Below, one piece after another: positions 28,552-41,927 of a DNA stretch of 64,000 nucleotides. Every line of letters begins with the position of its first letter. Position 1 is the first letter of the stretch. The notes beneath the pieces are model-generated. The model was not told where the DNA came from, ran no database searches, and saw nothing but the letters and a program-made list of their open reading frames with translations. The stretch is from the human T2T-CHM13v2.0 reference genome, Homo sapiens. The DNA is taken from NCBI RefSeq assembly GCF_009914755.1, contig NC_060942.1; one strand, 5' to 3'. A program made the position numbers and the translations under genes.

Positions 28552-29938
28552 TGTGTCCGGAATTGGTGGGTTCTTGGTCTCACTGACTTCAAGAATGAAG
28601 CCGCGGACCCTCACGGTGAGTGTTACAGCTCTTAAGGTGGTGCGTCTGGAGTCTGTCCCTTCTAATGTTCAGATGTGTTTGGAGTTTCTTCCTTCTGTTG
28701 GGTTCGTGGTCTCGCTGGCTCAGGAGTGAAGCTGCAGACCTTCGCGGTGAGTGTTACAGCTCTTAAGGCAGCGCGTCTGGAGTTGTTCGTTCCTCCTGGT
28801 GGCCTCGTGGTCTCGCTGGCCTCAGGAGTGAAGCTGCAGATCTTCCCGGTGAGTGTTACAGCACTAAAAGCAGCGTGGACCCAAAGAGTGAGCAGTAGCA
28901 AGATTTATTGCAAAGACCGAAAGAACAAAGCTTCCACATTGTGGAAGGGGACCCGAGCGGGTTGCCAATGCTGGCTGGGGCAGCCTGCTTTTATTCTCTT
29001 ATCTGGCCCCACCCACATCCTGCTGATTGGTAGAGCCGACTGGCCTGTTTTGTCAGGGCGCTGACTGGTGCATTTACAATCCCTGAGCTAGATACAAAGG
29101 TTCTCCACGTCCCCATCAGATTAGTTAGATACAGAGTTTCCACACACAGGTTCTCCAAGGCCCCACCAGAGCAGCTAGATACAGAGTGTCAATTGGTGCA
29201 CTCACAAACCTTGAGCTAGACACAGGGTGCTGATTGGTGTGTTTACAATCCCTGAGGTAGATATGAAGACTCTCCAGGTCCCCACCAGACTCAGGAGCCC
29301 AGCTGGCTTCACCTAGTGGATCCCTCACTGGGGCTGCAGGTGGAGCTGCCTGCCAGTCCTGCGCCCTGCACTCGCATTCCTCAGCCCTTGGGTGGTCGAT
29401 GGGACTGGGCGCCTTGGAGCAGGGAGTGGTCCTCGTCGGGGAGGCTCCGGCTGCACAGGAGCCCATGGAGGGGGTGGGAGGCTCAGGCATGGCGGGCTGC
29501 AGGTCCCGAGCCCTGCCCCGCGGGAAGGCAGCTAAGACTTAGTGAGAAATGGAGCGCAGCACCGGTGGGCTGGCACTGCTGGGGAACCCAGTACACCCTC
29601 CGCAGCCACTGGCCCGGGTGCTAAGTCCCTCATTACCCAGGGCCAGCAGGGCTGGCCGGCTGCTCCGAGTGCGGGGCCGCCAAGCCCACGCCCACCCGGA
29701 ACTCCAGCTGGCCCACAAGCTCTGCACGCAGCCCCGGTTCCCACTCGCGCCTCTCCCTCCACACCTCCCTGCAAGCTGAGTGGGTGGGCTTCAGCCTTGG
29801 CCAGCCCAGAAAGGGGCTCCCACAGTGCAGTGGTGGGCTGAAGGGCTCCTCAAGTGCCGCCAAAGTGGGAGCCCAGGCAGAGGAGCTGCCGAGAGCGAGC
29901 GAGGGCTCTGAGGACTGCCAGCACGCTGTCACCTCTCA
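28552..29938 (-). mobile_element. LTR12C (ERV9) solo LTR
   Basis: Minus strand starts TGAGAGGTGACAGCGTGCTGGCAGTCCTC and ends CCAATTCCGGACACA. 4-bp TSD CTAT at 28548-28551 and 29939-29942. Tandem U3 and U5 subrepeats, CpG-rich. Confidence 0.96.
28985..29270 (-). promoter_or_regulatory. ERV9 LTR U3 enhancer/promoter
   Basis: Repeated CCAAT (attgg on +) and GATA motifs in tandem subrepeats. AATAAAA TATA-like box near 28989-28995, oriented toward lower coordinates. Confidence 0.65.
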
Positions 29939-32900
29939 CTATATCCTGCGACTCTCCTGAATTCCCCCAAATTTCCTGAATGGTTTATTAGTCTTAGTAT
30001 TTTATGAAGTCTTTAGTTTTCTGTACATAAAGTAATGTCATCTGCAATCAGGGACAATTTTACTTCTTCTTTGATTTGGATGCCTTTTTTTTTTTCCTTT
30101 CCTGATTGCTTTGGCTAGGACTTCCAGTACTATGTTGAATCAAATTGTAGAGTGGGTTGCTGCCTTTTTCCTAATTTAGTAGAAAGCTTTCACCATTGAG
30201 TATGATGTTAGCTATGGGCTTTTAATATATGGCCTTTACTATGTTAAGGTAATTTCCTTCTATTACTACTTTATTGAATATATTTATCATGAGAGGCTGC
30301 TGAATTTTATCAAGATTTTTTGCATCTAATAAGATGATCACGTGTATTTATTTCTTTTTGTGGTTAATGTGGTATATCACATTAATTGATTTTTACATGT
30401 TGAACCACTCTTGCATCTCAGGGATAAATCTCACTTGGTCATAGTGTATGATCCTTTTGAAATGCTGTTGAATTCAGTTTGCTAATATTTTGTTGAGAAT
30501 GTTTTTATCTATGTTCTAGAGGGATCTTAGTCTGTATATATATATTTTATGGTATCTGTGTCTAGCTTTGGTGTCAGGATAATACTGGCTTCATAAAATG
30601 AGTTAGAAGTGTTTCCTCCTCTTCAATTTTTGGAAGAGTTTGAGAAGAATTGGGATTTTTTTTTTCTTTTTATATTTGGTAAAATATACCAGTAAAGCCA
30701 TCTAGTCCTGGACTTTTCTTGGTTGGGAGTTTGTTGATTACTGATTCAATCTCCACGCTAGTGATAGCTATGATCTGACCTTCTGTTTCTTATTGACTCA
30801 GTCTTGGTAAGTTGTGTGTTTCTAGGAATTTATTCATTTCCCTAAGTTATTCATTTTGCTCATATATAATTGCTTATAGTGATCTCTTATGAGCCTTTAT
30901 ATTTCTATGACATAAGTTTGAATGTCTCCTGTTTTATTTCTTACTTCATTTGAGTCTTCACTCTTTTTTCCTTAGTTTAGCTAAAGGTTTGTCAATTTTA
31001 TCTTTTCAAAAAGCAAACTCATTTCAATGATTTTTTTCTATTGTTTTCTATCATCTATTTCATTTATTTCTGCTCTAATCTTTATTATATTCGTCTTTCT
31101 GTTAATTTTTGGGCTCGGTTTTTTCTTCACTTTCTTATTCCTTGAGGTGTAAAGTTAGTTTGTTTATTTGAAATTTCTCATTTATTAATGTAAGCATTTA
31201 GCTCTATTAACTTCCCTCACAGAACTGCTTTTGCTGCATCTCATAAGTTTTAGTATATTTCATTTTTGTTTTTGCTTTTCTCAAGATATTTTGAAATTTC
31301 CCTTTTGATTTCTTTTATGACCCATTGGTAATTCAAAAATGTATTGTTATATTATCCTCTAGTTTTGAATTTTCCAGTTTTTCTTCTGATATGAATTTTT
31401 AGTTTTGTTCCATTGTAATTAGAAAAGATACTTGACATGATTTCAAACTTTTAAAATTTAAGACTTTTTTTGTCTCCTAACATGTGATCTGGAGAATGTA
31501 CTGTGAACACTTGAATAATGTATATTCTGTTATTGAGTTTGCCCATATATGTCTTTTAGATCCATCTGGTCTATTGTTCTATTCTAGTCCACTGGTCTTT
31601 TTGTTCATTTTCTGTCTGGTTTATATTTCCATCATTAAAAGTGGACTATTGAAGTCTCCTACTATTATTATATTGTTTATTTTCCTCTTCAGCTTTGTCA
31701 ATATTTGCTTTATATATTTAGTGCTCTAATATTAGTTTAGGTATATATATTTATAATTGTTATTTCTTCCTGGTTGATCCTTTTATCACTATATAATGTC
31801 CTTCTTTGTCTCTTATGACAGTTATTACTTAAAACCTATTTTGTCTAATATAAATATAGCCACCCCATCTCTTTTTGCCATTTGTTTGGGATATCTTTTT
31901 TTGAAATTTTTGTATTTACAGCCTATGTGTCCTTAAATATAAAGTAAGTCTCCTATAGGCAGCATTTAGTTGCATCTTGGCTGTTTTTGTTTTTTTTGTT
32001 GGTTTGTTTGTTTGTTTTTCAAGCCACTCATGTCTTTTGATTGGGGATTTAATTCATTTGAATTTAATGTAATTATTGATAGAGAAGGATTTACTATTGC
32101 CATTTTAACTGTTTTTGTATCATACTTCTTTTGTTCTTGTTCTGTTGAATCTCTTTGTGTCTCATATTTCGTATTAATACACCTTGATTTTTTTCTATTT
32201 TTCCTTTGCATAAACTTTCATTGGTATTTTCTTTGTGGGTAGTGGCTCTCATAAAATATCTTATGATTATAACAGTCTATTTATAGCTGATAACAGCTTC
32301 ACTCTCATACAAAAAGCTCTACATTTTTATATTCTTCTCCCGCATTATATATTATTAATAACTCACAATTTACATCTATTTGTAATGTGTACCTGTTAAC
32401 AGGATTTTAAATATTATTATTTAAAATAACTTCTTTTAATGTTTATACAGTAATTAAAGTGATATTCCCAACACTATTACAGTAATACAGTATTCTGTAT
32501 TCTTCTATATGCTTATCTTTGCCAGCCAAGTTTCATATTTCTTTATGCTATTGTGTTGCTATGTAATATCTTTCCACTTTGACTAGGAAGAACTCCCATT
32601 AGAATTTCTTGTAAGGCAAGCCTAGTGGTGATGAATTTCTTCAGCTATTATTTGTTGGGAAAATCTTTATTTCTTCTTCATTTGCTGGGCAAATTATTTT
32701 TGGTTGGTGCTTCTTTTTCTCTCAACACTTTGCATGTATGTTCCCATACTCTTCTGGCTTGCAATGTTTCTGCTGAAAAATCTGCAGTTTATATTATGAG
32801 GTTTCCTTTTATGTAACAAGTTGCTTTTATCTTTCTATTTTTAAAATTTCTGACTTTTGAAAATTAGATTATACTGTGTCTCAATATGAATTTCTTTGGG

Positions 32901-33046
32901 CTTGTTTGGCATTCCATAGGCTTCTTGGAACTGAATGTTTGTTTACTTGCCAGATTTGAGAAGTTTTCAGCCATTATATCTTTAAATAAGCTTTCTTCTC
33001 CTTACTCTCTCTCTTCTCTTTCTCGGACTTTCATAATATGTATATT

Positions 33047-33431
33047 TGATATGTTTTGGCTCTGTGTCCCTACCCAAATCTCATCTCAAATTATAATCCC
33101 CATGTGTCGAGAAAGGGACCTGTAATCCCCACCTGTCCAGGGAGGGAGGTGATTGGATCATGGGGGTGGTTTTCCCCATACTGTTCTCATGATATGAATG
33201 AGTTATCGTGAGATCTGATAGTTCTATAAGTGTTTGACAGTTCCTCCCTCACACACTCTTCTCTCTTACCTGTTGTCATGTAAGACATGCCTGCTTCCCG
33301 TTCTGCCATGATTGTAAGTTTCCTGAAACCTCCCCAGCCATGCAGAACAGTGAATCAATTAAACCTCTTTCCTTTATAAATTACCCAGTCTCAGGTACTT
33401 CTTTATAGCAGTGTGAAAACAGACTAATACA
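33047..33431 (+). mobile_element. THE1 (THE1D/MSTA-like) MaLR solo LTR
   Basis: TGATATGTTTTGGCTCTGTGTCCC...GACTAATACA with 5-bp TSD ATATT at 33042-33046 and 33432-33436. Confidence 0.93.
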
Positions 33432-34496
33432 ATATTGGTCAGCTTGATGGTGTCTTATAAGTTCCTCAAGCTATCTTCAGCCCTTTCTGTTCTTTTCTTT
33501 TTGTTCCTGTGACTGGACAATTTCTAATAACCTGTCTTCAATTTCGCTGATATTTTCTTCTGCTTGATGTAGTCTGCTGTCAAACATCTCTAGTGAATTT
33601 TTTAGTTATTATACTATTCAACTCTATAATTTCTATTAGCACTTTAAAAAATATTTTCTTTAAATTGAAATGCTCACTTCCTTGATGTATTGCTCTTCTG
33701 ACCTCAGTGAGCATCTTTTTGAAAATTACTTTTGTTTTTCCATCTAATAAATTACATATTTCCATTTCATTGGGGTTGGTTTTTATAGATTTATCTTGTT
33801 CCTTTATTTAAAATATATATCCCAATTTCTTCTTTTTCTTTGACTCTCTGTGTTGGTGTCTATGCATTAAATTAAGCAGCTACCTCTCCCAATCTTCAAC
33901 AACTGGCCTTATGTAGAAATTTGTATAGACTTTTACCAGTTAGCCTGGCCAGTAATTCTGGGTGTCTCTCAAACTTTGTGTTCTTCTAGGCTACATCTTT
34001 GTTCTCACATCTTTGTTCTTAGCAGTTCCCAGAAGTCTAGAGTATACCATGCACTATCATTGCCTAAAGGCATGTGAGAAGAAAACCAGTTTCTCAAGTA
34101 ACAGCTGGAAAAGTTGGGGCACTAGATGTGTGGACCAATTCCTTTTATCCTCATGGAGAGGCTGAAAGATGGAGTTTATCAACTACTCGTTCTACACTAA
34201 GCCAGAGAGACGTACAGAGAGCTGTAGCAAATGCCCACACACTCATAAAAAATGTATTATCTATTGAACCATTTCTTTGCTCTCTGTAGACCACAGGGAA
34301 CCAGAAAATGTTGGCCCCTGTCAATAATCAGAAACAGAAGAGTTATTATCCAGTCCTTGAAGTTGCGGCCACAAAAATTAAGGGTTGGGGAGCTTACTGT
34401 GTAGTCCAACTCTTTCCAGGGAGAAGCTGAAAGCTTGGTTTTATCACCGGAGTGGGCCAGGGAAGGAGCTGTGGGAAGCACTACAGGTCCATTTTA

Positions 34497-37400
34497 TTTA
34501 TTTGTATTTATTTATTTATTATTATACTTTAAATTCTGGGATACATGTGCAGAACATACAGGTTTGTTACATAGGTATACACGTGCCATGGTGGTTTGCA
34601 GCACCCATCAACTTGTCATCTACATTAGGTATTTTTCCTAATGCTAGCCCTCCCCTGGCCCCCAGCCCCCAACAGGCTCTGGTGTGTGATGTTCCCCTCC
34701 CTGTGTCCATGAGTTCTCTTTGTTCGACTCCCATTTATGAGTGAGAACATGCAGTGTTTGGTTTCCTGTTCCTCTGTGAGTTTGCTGAGAATAACGGTTT
34801 CCAGCTTCTTCCATGTCCCTGCAAAGAACATGAAATCATCCTTTTTATGGCTGCATAGTATTCCATGGTGTATGTGTGACCCTTTTTCTTTATCCAGTCT
34901 ATCACTGATGGGCATTTGGGTTGGTTCCAAGTCTTTGCTATTGTGAACAGTCCTGCAATAAACATACATGTGCATGGTTCTTTATGGTAGAATGATTTAT
35001 AATCCTTTGGGGATATACCCAGTAATGAGATTGCTGGGTCAGATGTTATTTCTGCTTCTAGATCTTTGAGGAATTGCCACACTGCCTTCCACAATGGTTG
35101 AACTAATGTACACTCCCATCACTCTCCAACATCTGTTGTTTCCTGACTTCTTAATGATCGCCATTCTAACTGGCATGAGTTGGTATCTCATTGTGGTTTT
35201 GATTTGCATTTCTCTAATGACCGGTGATGGTGAACTTTTTTTCATGTTTGTTGGCCACATGAATGTCTTCTTTTGAGAAGTGTCTGTTCATATCCTTCAA
35301 CCCATTTTTGATGGGGTTATTTGATGTTTTTCTTGTAAATTTGTTTAAGTTCCTTGTACATTCTGGATGTTAGCCCTTTGTCAGATGGATAGATAGCAAA
35401 AATTTTCTCCCATTCTGTAGGTTGCCTGTTCACTCTGATGATAGTTTATTTTGCTATGCAGAAGCTCTTTAGCTCAATTAGATCCCATTTGTCAATGTTG
35501 GCTTTTGTTGCCATTGCTTTTGGTGTTTTAGTCATGAAGTCTTTGCCTATGCCTATGTCCCGAATGGTATTGCCTAGGTTTTCTTCTAGGGTTTTTATGA
35601 TTTTAGGATTTTAGGTCTTACATTTAAGCCTTTATTCCATCTTGAGTTAATTTTTGTATAAGGAGTAAGGAAGGGGTCCAGTTTCAGTTTTCTGCATATG
35701 GCTAGCCAGTTTTTCCAGCACCAATTATTAAATAGGGAATCCTTTCCCCCTTGCTTGATTTGTCAGGTTTGTCAAAGATCAGATGGTTGTAGATGTGTGG
35801 TGTTATTTCTGAGGCCTCTGTTCTGTTCCATTGGTCTATATATCTATCTGTTTTGGTACCAGTACCATGCTGTTATGGTTACTGTAGCATTGTAGTATAG
35901 CTTGAAGTCAGGTAGCATGATGCCTCCAGCTTTGTTCTTTTTGCTTAGGATTGTCTGGGCTATACGAGCTCTTTTTTGGTTCCATATGAAATGTAAAGTA
36001 TTTTTTTCTAATTCTGTGAAGAATGTCAGTGGTTGTTTGATGGGGATAGCATTGAATCTGTAAGTTCTTTTGGACAGTATGGCCATTTTCACAATATTGA
36101 TTCTTCCTATCCATGAACATGGGATTTTTTCCATTAGTTCGTGTCCTCTCTTATTTCCTTGAGCAGTGGTTTGTAGTTCTCTTTGAAGAGGTTCTTCACA
36201 TCCCTTGTAAGTTGTATTCGTAGATATTTTATTCTCTTTATAGCAATTGTGAATGGATATTCACTCAAGATTTGGCTCTCTGTCTATTATTGGTATATAG
36301 GAATGCTTCTGATTTTTGCACATTGATTTTATATCCTGAGATATTGCCGAAGTTGCTTATCAGCTTAAGGAGATTTTGGGCTGAGACAATGGGGTTTTCT
36401 AAATATACAGTCATGTCATCTACAAACAGAGACTATTTGACTTCCTCTCTTCCTATTTGAACACCCTTTATTTCTTTCTCTTTCCTGATTGCCCTGGCCA
36501 GAACTTCCAATACTATGTTGAATAGGAGTGGTGAGAGAGGGCATCCTTGTCTTGTGCCAGTTTTCAAAGGGAATGTTTCCATCTTTTGCCCATTCAGTAT
36601 GATATTGGCTGTGGGTTTGTCATAAATACCTATTATTATTTTGAGATACATTCCATCAATACCTAGTTTATTGAGAGTTTTTAGCATGAAGTGCTGTTGA
36701 GTTTTAGCAAAGGCCTTTTCTCCATCTATTGAAATAATCATGTGGTTTTTGTCATTGGATTGGTTTATGTGATGGATTATGCTTATTGATTTGCAGACAC
36801 TAAACCAGCCTTGCACCCCAGGGATGAAGCTGATTTGATCGTGATGGATAACCTTTCTGATGTGCTGCTGGATTCGGTTTGCCAGTATTTTATTAAAGAT
36901 TTTTGCATCGATATTCTTCAGGGATATTGGCCTGAAATTTTTTATTTTTGTTGTGTTTCTGCCAGGTTTTGGTATCAGGATGATGTTGGCCTCATAAAAT
37001 GAGTTAGGGAGGAGTTCCTCTTTTTCTATTGTTTAAAATAGTTTCAGAAGAAATGGTACCAAATCCTCGTTGTACCTCTGGTAAAATTCGGCTGTGAATC
37101 CATCTGGTCCTTGGCTTTTTTGGGTTGGTAGGCTATTAATTACTGCCTCAATTTCAGAACTTGTTATTGGTTTATTCAAGGATTTGACTTCTTCCTGGTT
37201 TAGTTGTGAGAGGGTGTGTCCAGGAATTTATCCCTTTCTTCTAGATTTTCTAGTTTATTTGCATAGAGGTTTTTATGGTATTCTCTGATGGTAGTTTGTA
37301 TTTCTGTGGGATCAGTGGAGATACCCCCTTTATCATTTTTATTGTGTCATTTTGATCATTCTCTCTTTTCTTCTTTATTAGTCTGGCTAGCAGTCTATCT

Positions 37401-40400
37401 ATTTTGTTAGTGTTTTCAAAAAACTGCCTACTCGATTTACTGATTTTTTTGAAGGGTTGTCGTGTCTCTATCTCCTTCAGTTCTGCTCTGATCTTAGTTA
37501 CTTCTTGTCTTCTGCTAGCTTTTGGATTTGTTTGCTCTTGTTTCTCTAGTACTTTTAATTGTGATATTAGGGTATCGATTTTAGATCTTTCCTGCTTTCT
37601 CCCTTAGGCATTTATTGCTCTAAATTTCCCCGTAAACACTGCTTTAGCTGTGTCCCAGAGATTCTGGTATGTTTTTGTCTTTGTTCTCATTGTTTTCAAA
37701 GAACTTATTTATTTCTGTCTGAATTTTGTTATTTACCTAGTAGTCATTCAGGAGCAGATTGTTCAGTTTCCATGTAGCTGTGTGGTTTTGAGTGAGTTTC
37801 TTAATCCTGTGTTCTAAGTTGATTGCACCATGGTCTGAGAGACTGTTTGTTATGATTTCCATTCTTTTGCTGAAGAGTGTTTTACTTCCAATTATGTGGT
37901 TTATTTTAGAATAAATGTGATGTGGTACTGAGAAGAATGTATATTCTATTTATTTGGGGTGGAGAGTTCTGTAGATGTCTATTAGGTCTGCCTGGTCCAG
38001 AGCTGAAATCAAGTCCTGAATATCCTTGTTAATTTTCTGTCTCATTGATCTAATATTGACAGTGGGATGTTAAAATCTCCCACTATCATTGTGTGGGAGT
38101 CTAAGTCTCTTTGTAGGTCTCTAAGAACTTACATTATGAATATGGGTGCTCCTGTATTGGGTGCATATATATAATTAGGATAGTTAGCTCTTCTTGTTGT
38201 ATTGATCCCTTTACCACTATGTAATACCCGTCTTTGTCTTTTCTGATCTTTGTGGGTTTAAAGTCTGTTTTATCAGAGGCTAGGAGTATTGCAACCCCTG
38301 CTTTTTTTTTTTTTTTTTTTTTTTGCTTTCCATTTGCTTGGTAAATATTACTCCACCCCTTTATTTTGAGCCTATGTGTATCTTTGTGCATGAGATGGGT
38401 CTCCTGAATACAGCACACCGATGGGTCTTGACTCTTTATCCAAATTGCCAATTTGTGTCTTTTAATTGGGGCATTTAGCTCATTTACATTTAAGGTTAAT
38501 ATTGTTATGTGTGAATTTGATCCTGTCGTTATGATGCTAGCTGGTTATTTTGCCCGTTAGTTGACGCAGTTTCTTCATAATGTTGACGGTCTTTACAATT
38601 TGCCATGTTTTTGCAGTGGCTGGTACCAGTTGTTCCTTTCCATGTTTAGTGCTTCCTTCAGGAGCTCTTGTAAGGCAGGCCTGGTGGTGACAAAATCTCT
38701 CAGCATCTGCTTGTCTGTAAAGGATTTTATTTCTCCTTCACTTATGAAGCTTAGTTTGGCTGGATATGAAATTCTGGGTTGAAAATTCTTTTCTTTAAGA
38801 ATGTTGAATATTGGCCCCCACTGTCTTCTGGCCTGTAGGGTTTCTGCAGAGAGATCCACTTTTAGTCTGATAGGCTTCCCTTTGTGGGTAACCTGACCTT
38901 TCTCTCTAGCTGCCCTTAACATTTTTTCCTTCATTTCAGCCTTGGCAAATCTGATGATTATGTGTCTTGGGGTTGCTCTTGAGAAGTATCTTTGTGGTGT
39001 TCTCTTTATTTTCTGAATTTGAAGGTTGGCCTGTATTTCTAGGGGGAAGTTCTCCTGGATAATATCCTGAAGAGTGTTTTCCAACTTGGTTCCATTCTCC
39101 CCGTCACTTCAGGTACACCAATCAGATGTAGGTTTCATCTTTTCACATAGTCCCGTATTTTGGGGGGGTTTGTTCATTCCTTTTCACTCTTTTTTTCTCT
39201 AATCTTGTCTTCATGCTTTATACCATTAAATTGATCTTCAATCTCTGATATCTTTTCTTCTGCTTCAGTGATTCAGCCATTGATACTTGTGTATGCTTCA
39301 CGAAGTTCTCGTGCTATGTTTTTCAGCTTCATCAGGTCATTTATTTTCTTCTCTAAACTGGTTATTCTAGATAGCAATTCCTCTAACCTTTTTTCAAGGT
39401 TCTTAGCTTCCTTGCATTGGGTTAGAGCATGTTCGTTTAGTTTGGAGGAGTTTGTTATTACCCACCTTCTGACGCTTACTTCTGTCAGTTTGTCAAATTC
39501 ATTCTCCATTCAGTTTTGTTCCCTTACTGGCGAAGAGTTGTGATCCTTTGCAGGAGAAGTGGCATTCTGGTTTTTGGAATTTTCATCCTTTTTGCACTGT
39601 TTTTTTCCTCATCTTGGTGGATTTATTTATCTTTGGTCTTTGATCTTGGTGACCTTTAGATGGGGTTTCTGAGTGGATGTCCTTTTTGTTGATGTTGATG
39701 CTATTCCTTTCTGTATGTTACTTTTCCTTCTAACAATCAGGCCTCTCTGCTGCAGGTCTGCTGGAGTTTGCTAGAGGTCCATTCAGACCCTGTTTGCCTG
39801 GGTATCACCAGTGGAGGCTGCAGAACAGCAAAGGTTGCTGCCTGTTCCTTCCTCTGGAAGCTTCATCCCAGAGAGGCACCCACCAGATGCCAGCCAGAGC
39901 TCTCCTGTATGAGGTGTCTGTTGACCCCTGCTGGGAAGTGTCTCCCAGTCAGGAGGCATGGGGGTCAGGGACCCACTTGAGGAGGCCGTCTGTCCCTTCC
40001 CAGAGCTCCAGTGCTGCACTGGGAGATCTGCTGCTCTCTTCAGAGCCAGCAGCCGGGAACTTTTAAGTCTGCTGAATCTGCACCTGCAGCTGCCCCTTCC
40101 CAAAGGTGCTTGGTACCAGGAAGATGGGAGTTTTATCTATAAGCCCCTGACTGGGGCTGCTACCTTCTTTTCAGAGATGCCCTGCCCAGAGATGAGGAAT
40201 CTAGAGAGGCAGTCTGGCTTCAGTAGCTTTGCGGTGTTGTGGTCGGCTCCACCCAGTTTGAACTTTCCAGTGGTTTTGTTTACACTGTGAGGGGAAAATC
40301 GCCTACTCAAGCCTCAGTAATGGCGGACGCCCCTTCCCCCACCAAGCTCGAGAGTCCCAGGTTGACTTCAGACTGCTCTGCTGGCAGTAAGAATTTAAAG

Positions 40401-40955
40401 CCAGTGGATCTTAGCTTGCTGGGCTCTGTGGGGGTGGGATCCATTGAGATAGACCATTTGGCTCCCTGGCTTCAGCCCCCTTTCCAGGGGAGTGAATGGT
40501 TCTGTCTTGCTGGCATTCCAGGTGCCACTGGGGTATGAAAAATAAACTCTTGCAGCTAGCTTGGTGTCTGCCCAAATGGCTGCCCAGTTTTCTGCTTGAA
40601 ACCCAGGGCCCTGGTGGCATAGGCACCTGAGGGAATCTCCTGGTCTGTGGGTTGCAGAGACCATGGGAAAAGTGTATTATCTGGGCTGGAGTGTACCATC
40701 CCTAAGAGTGCAGTCCCTCAGGGCTTCCCTTGGCTAGGGGAGGGAATTCCCCAATCCCTTGCATTTCCTGGGTGAGGCAATGCCCCATCCTGCTTCTGCT
40801 TGCCCTCTGTGGGCTGCACCCACTGTCCAACTAGTACCAGTGAGTTGAACCAGGTACCTCAGATGGAAATGCAGAAATCACCCACCTTCTGTGTTGTTAT
40901 TTCTGGGAGCTGCAGACTGGAGCTGTTCCTATTCAGCCATCTTGCCAGCCACCCT
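34497..40955 (-). mobile_element. Full-length L1PA (L1PA7/8-like), ORFs disrupted
   Basis: 5' end GGGTGGCTGGCAAGATGGCTGAATAGGAACAGCTCC, ORF1p fragments (38593-39509), ORF2p fragments ([21 protein letters not shown]) and a (TAAA)n tail. 15-bp TSD tacaggtccatttta / tacatgtccatttta. Confidence 0.96.
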
Positions 40956-41534
40956 TACATGTCCATTTTAAAGTGCCACTTTTTTTCTTTGTAGCTTCCA
41001 GGACACAATTGATTGTCAGCCTCATCAACTCCCAGAGACAAGTTAGTTAGAAGCCAGAACTTCGGGGAAAAGCCAGAAATGTAAGGATGCTAAATGTGAG
41101 GTACAAACTCTTTACTTCTCAGAGAGAAGCTGGGAACTGGAGATTCTCTCCCAGTTGTATAGAACTCTGCAAGGGGAGGGTTTATGGGGAGTATGTGTGT
41201 CAGCTTTACCTACTAGTTCTGATGTGGATAGTTTCTCGCTCAGCCAGGACGCAAGAGCCTCTCCACCAGTCTCTGAATTTCTCAAAAAGGGAAATGATCC
41301 ATGTGTTGCTGTTGAATTGTTGCATCTAATGAGGGAAGGAAAGTGTGCATCCTTCTATTCTGCCATCTTGTTGACGTTACTCCTACTTTTTAATAAACAT
41401 TATCTAGTCCTTTATTGAATTATTACATTTTCTATATGGCATATGCATTAAATTGATGTGTTTTTATGAGTTAAAAATATATATTAAATGTTTACATTAG
41501 CTTGTTATTTGTATTGGAAAAATCTTTGCAGAGA

Positions 41535-41927
<393 letters not shown>

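Larger units (their letters stand above)
26348..41384 (-). mobile_element. Old L1MA-type element retaining both ends, host of four nested insertions
   Basis: Poly-T at 26348, continuous antisense L1 text between the inserts, and 5' end ctattctgccatcttgttgacg near 41355-41380. Possible TSD tacttttt. Confidence 0.8.

Noticed and set aside
28675-29932. Cluster of overlapping 60-130 aa GC-rich ORFs
   Set aside because: All lie within LTR12C and reflect its GC content, not a gene.
34497-40955. Possible active full-length L1
   Set aside because: ORF1 and ORF2 are broken into many short fragments, and the 5'UTR is an old type with decayed CpGs.
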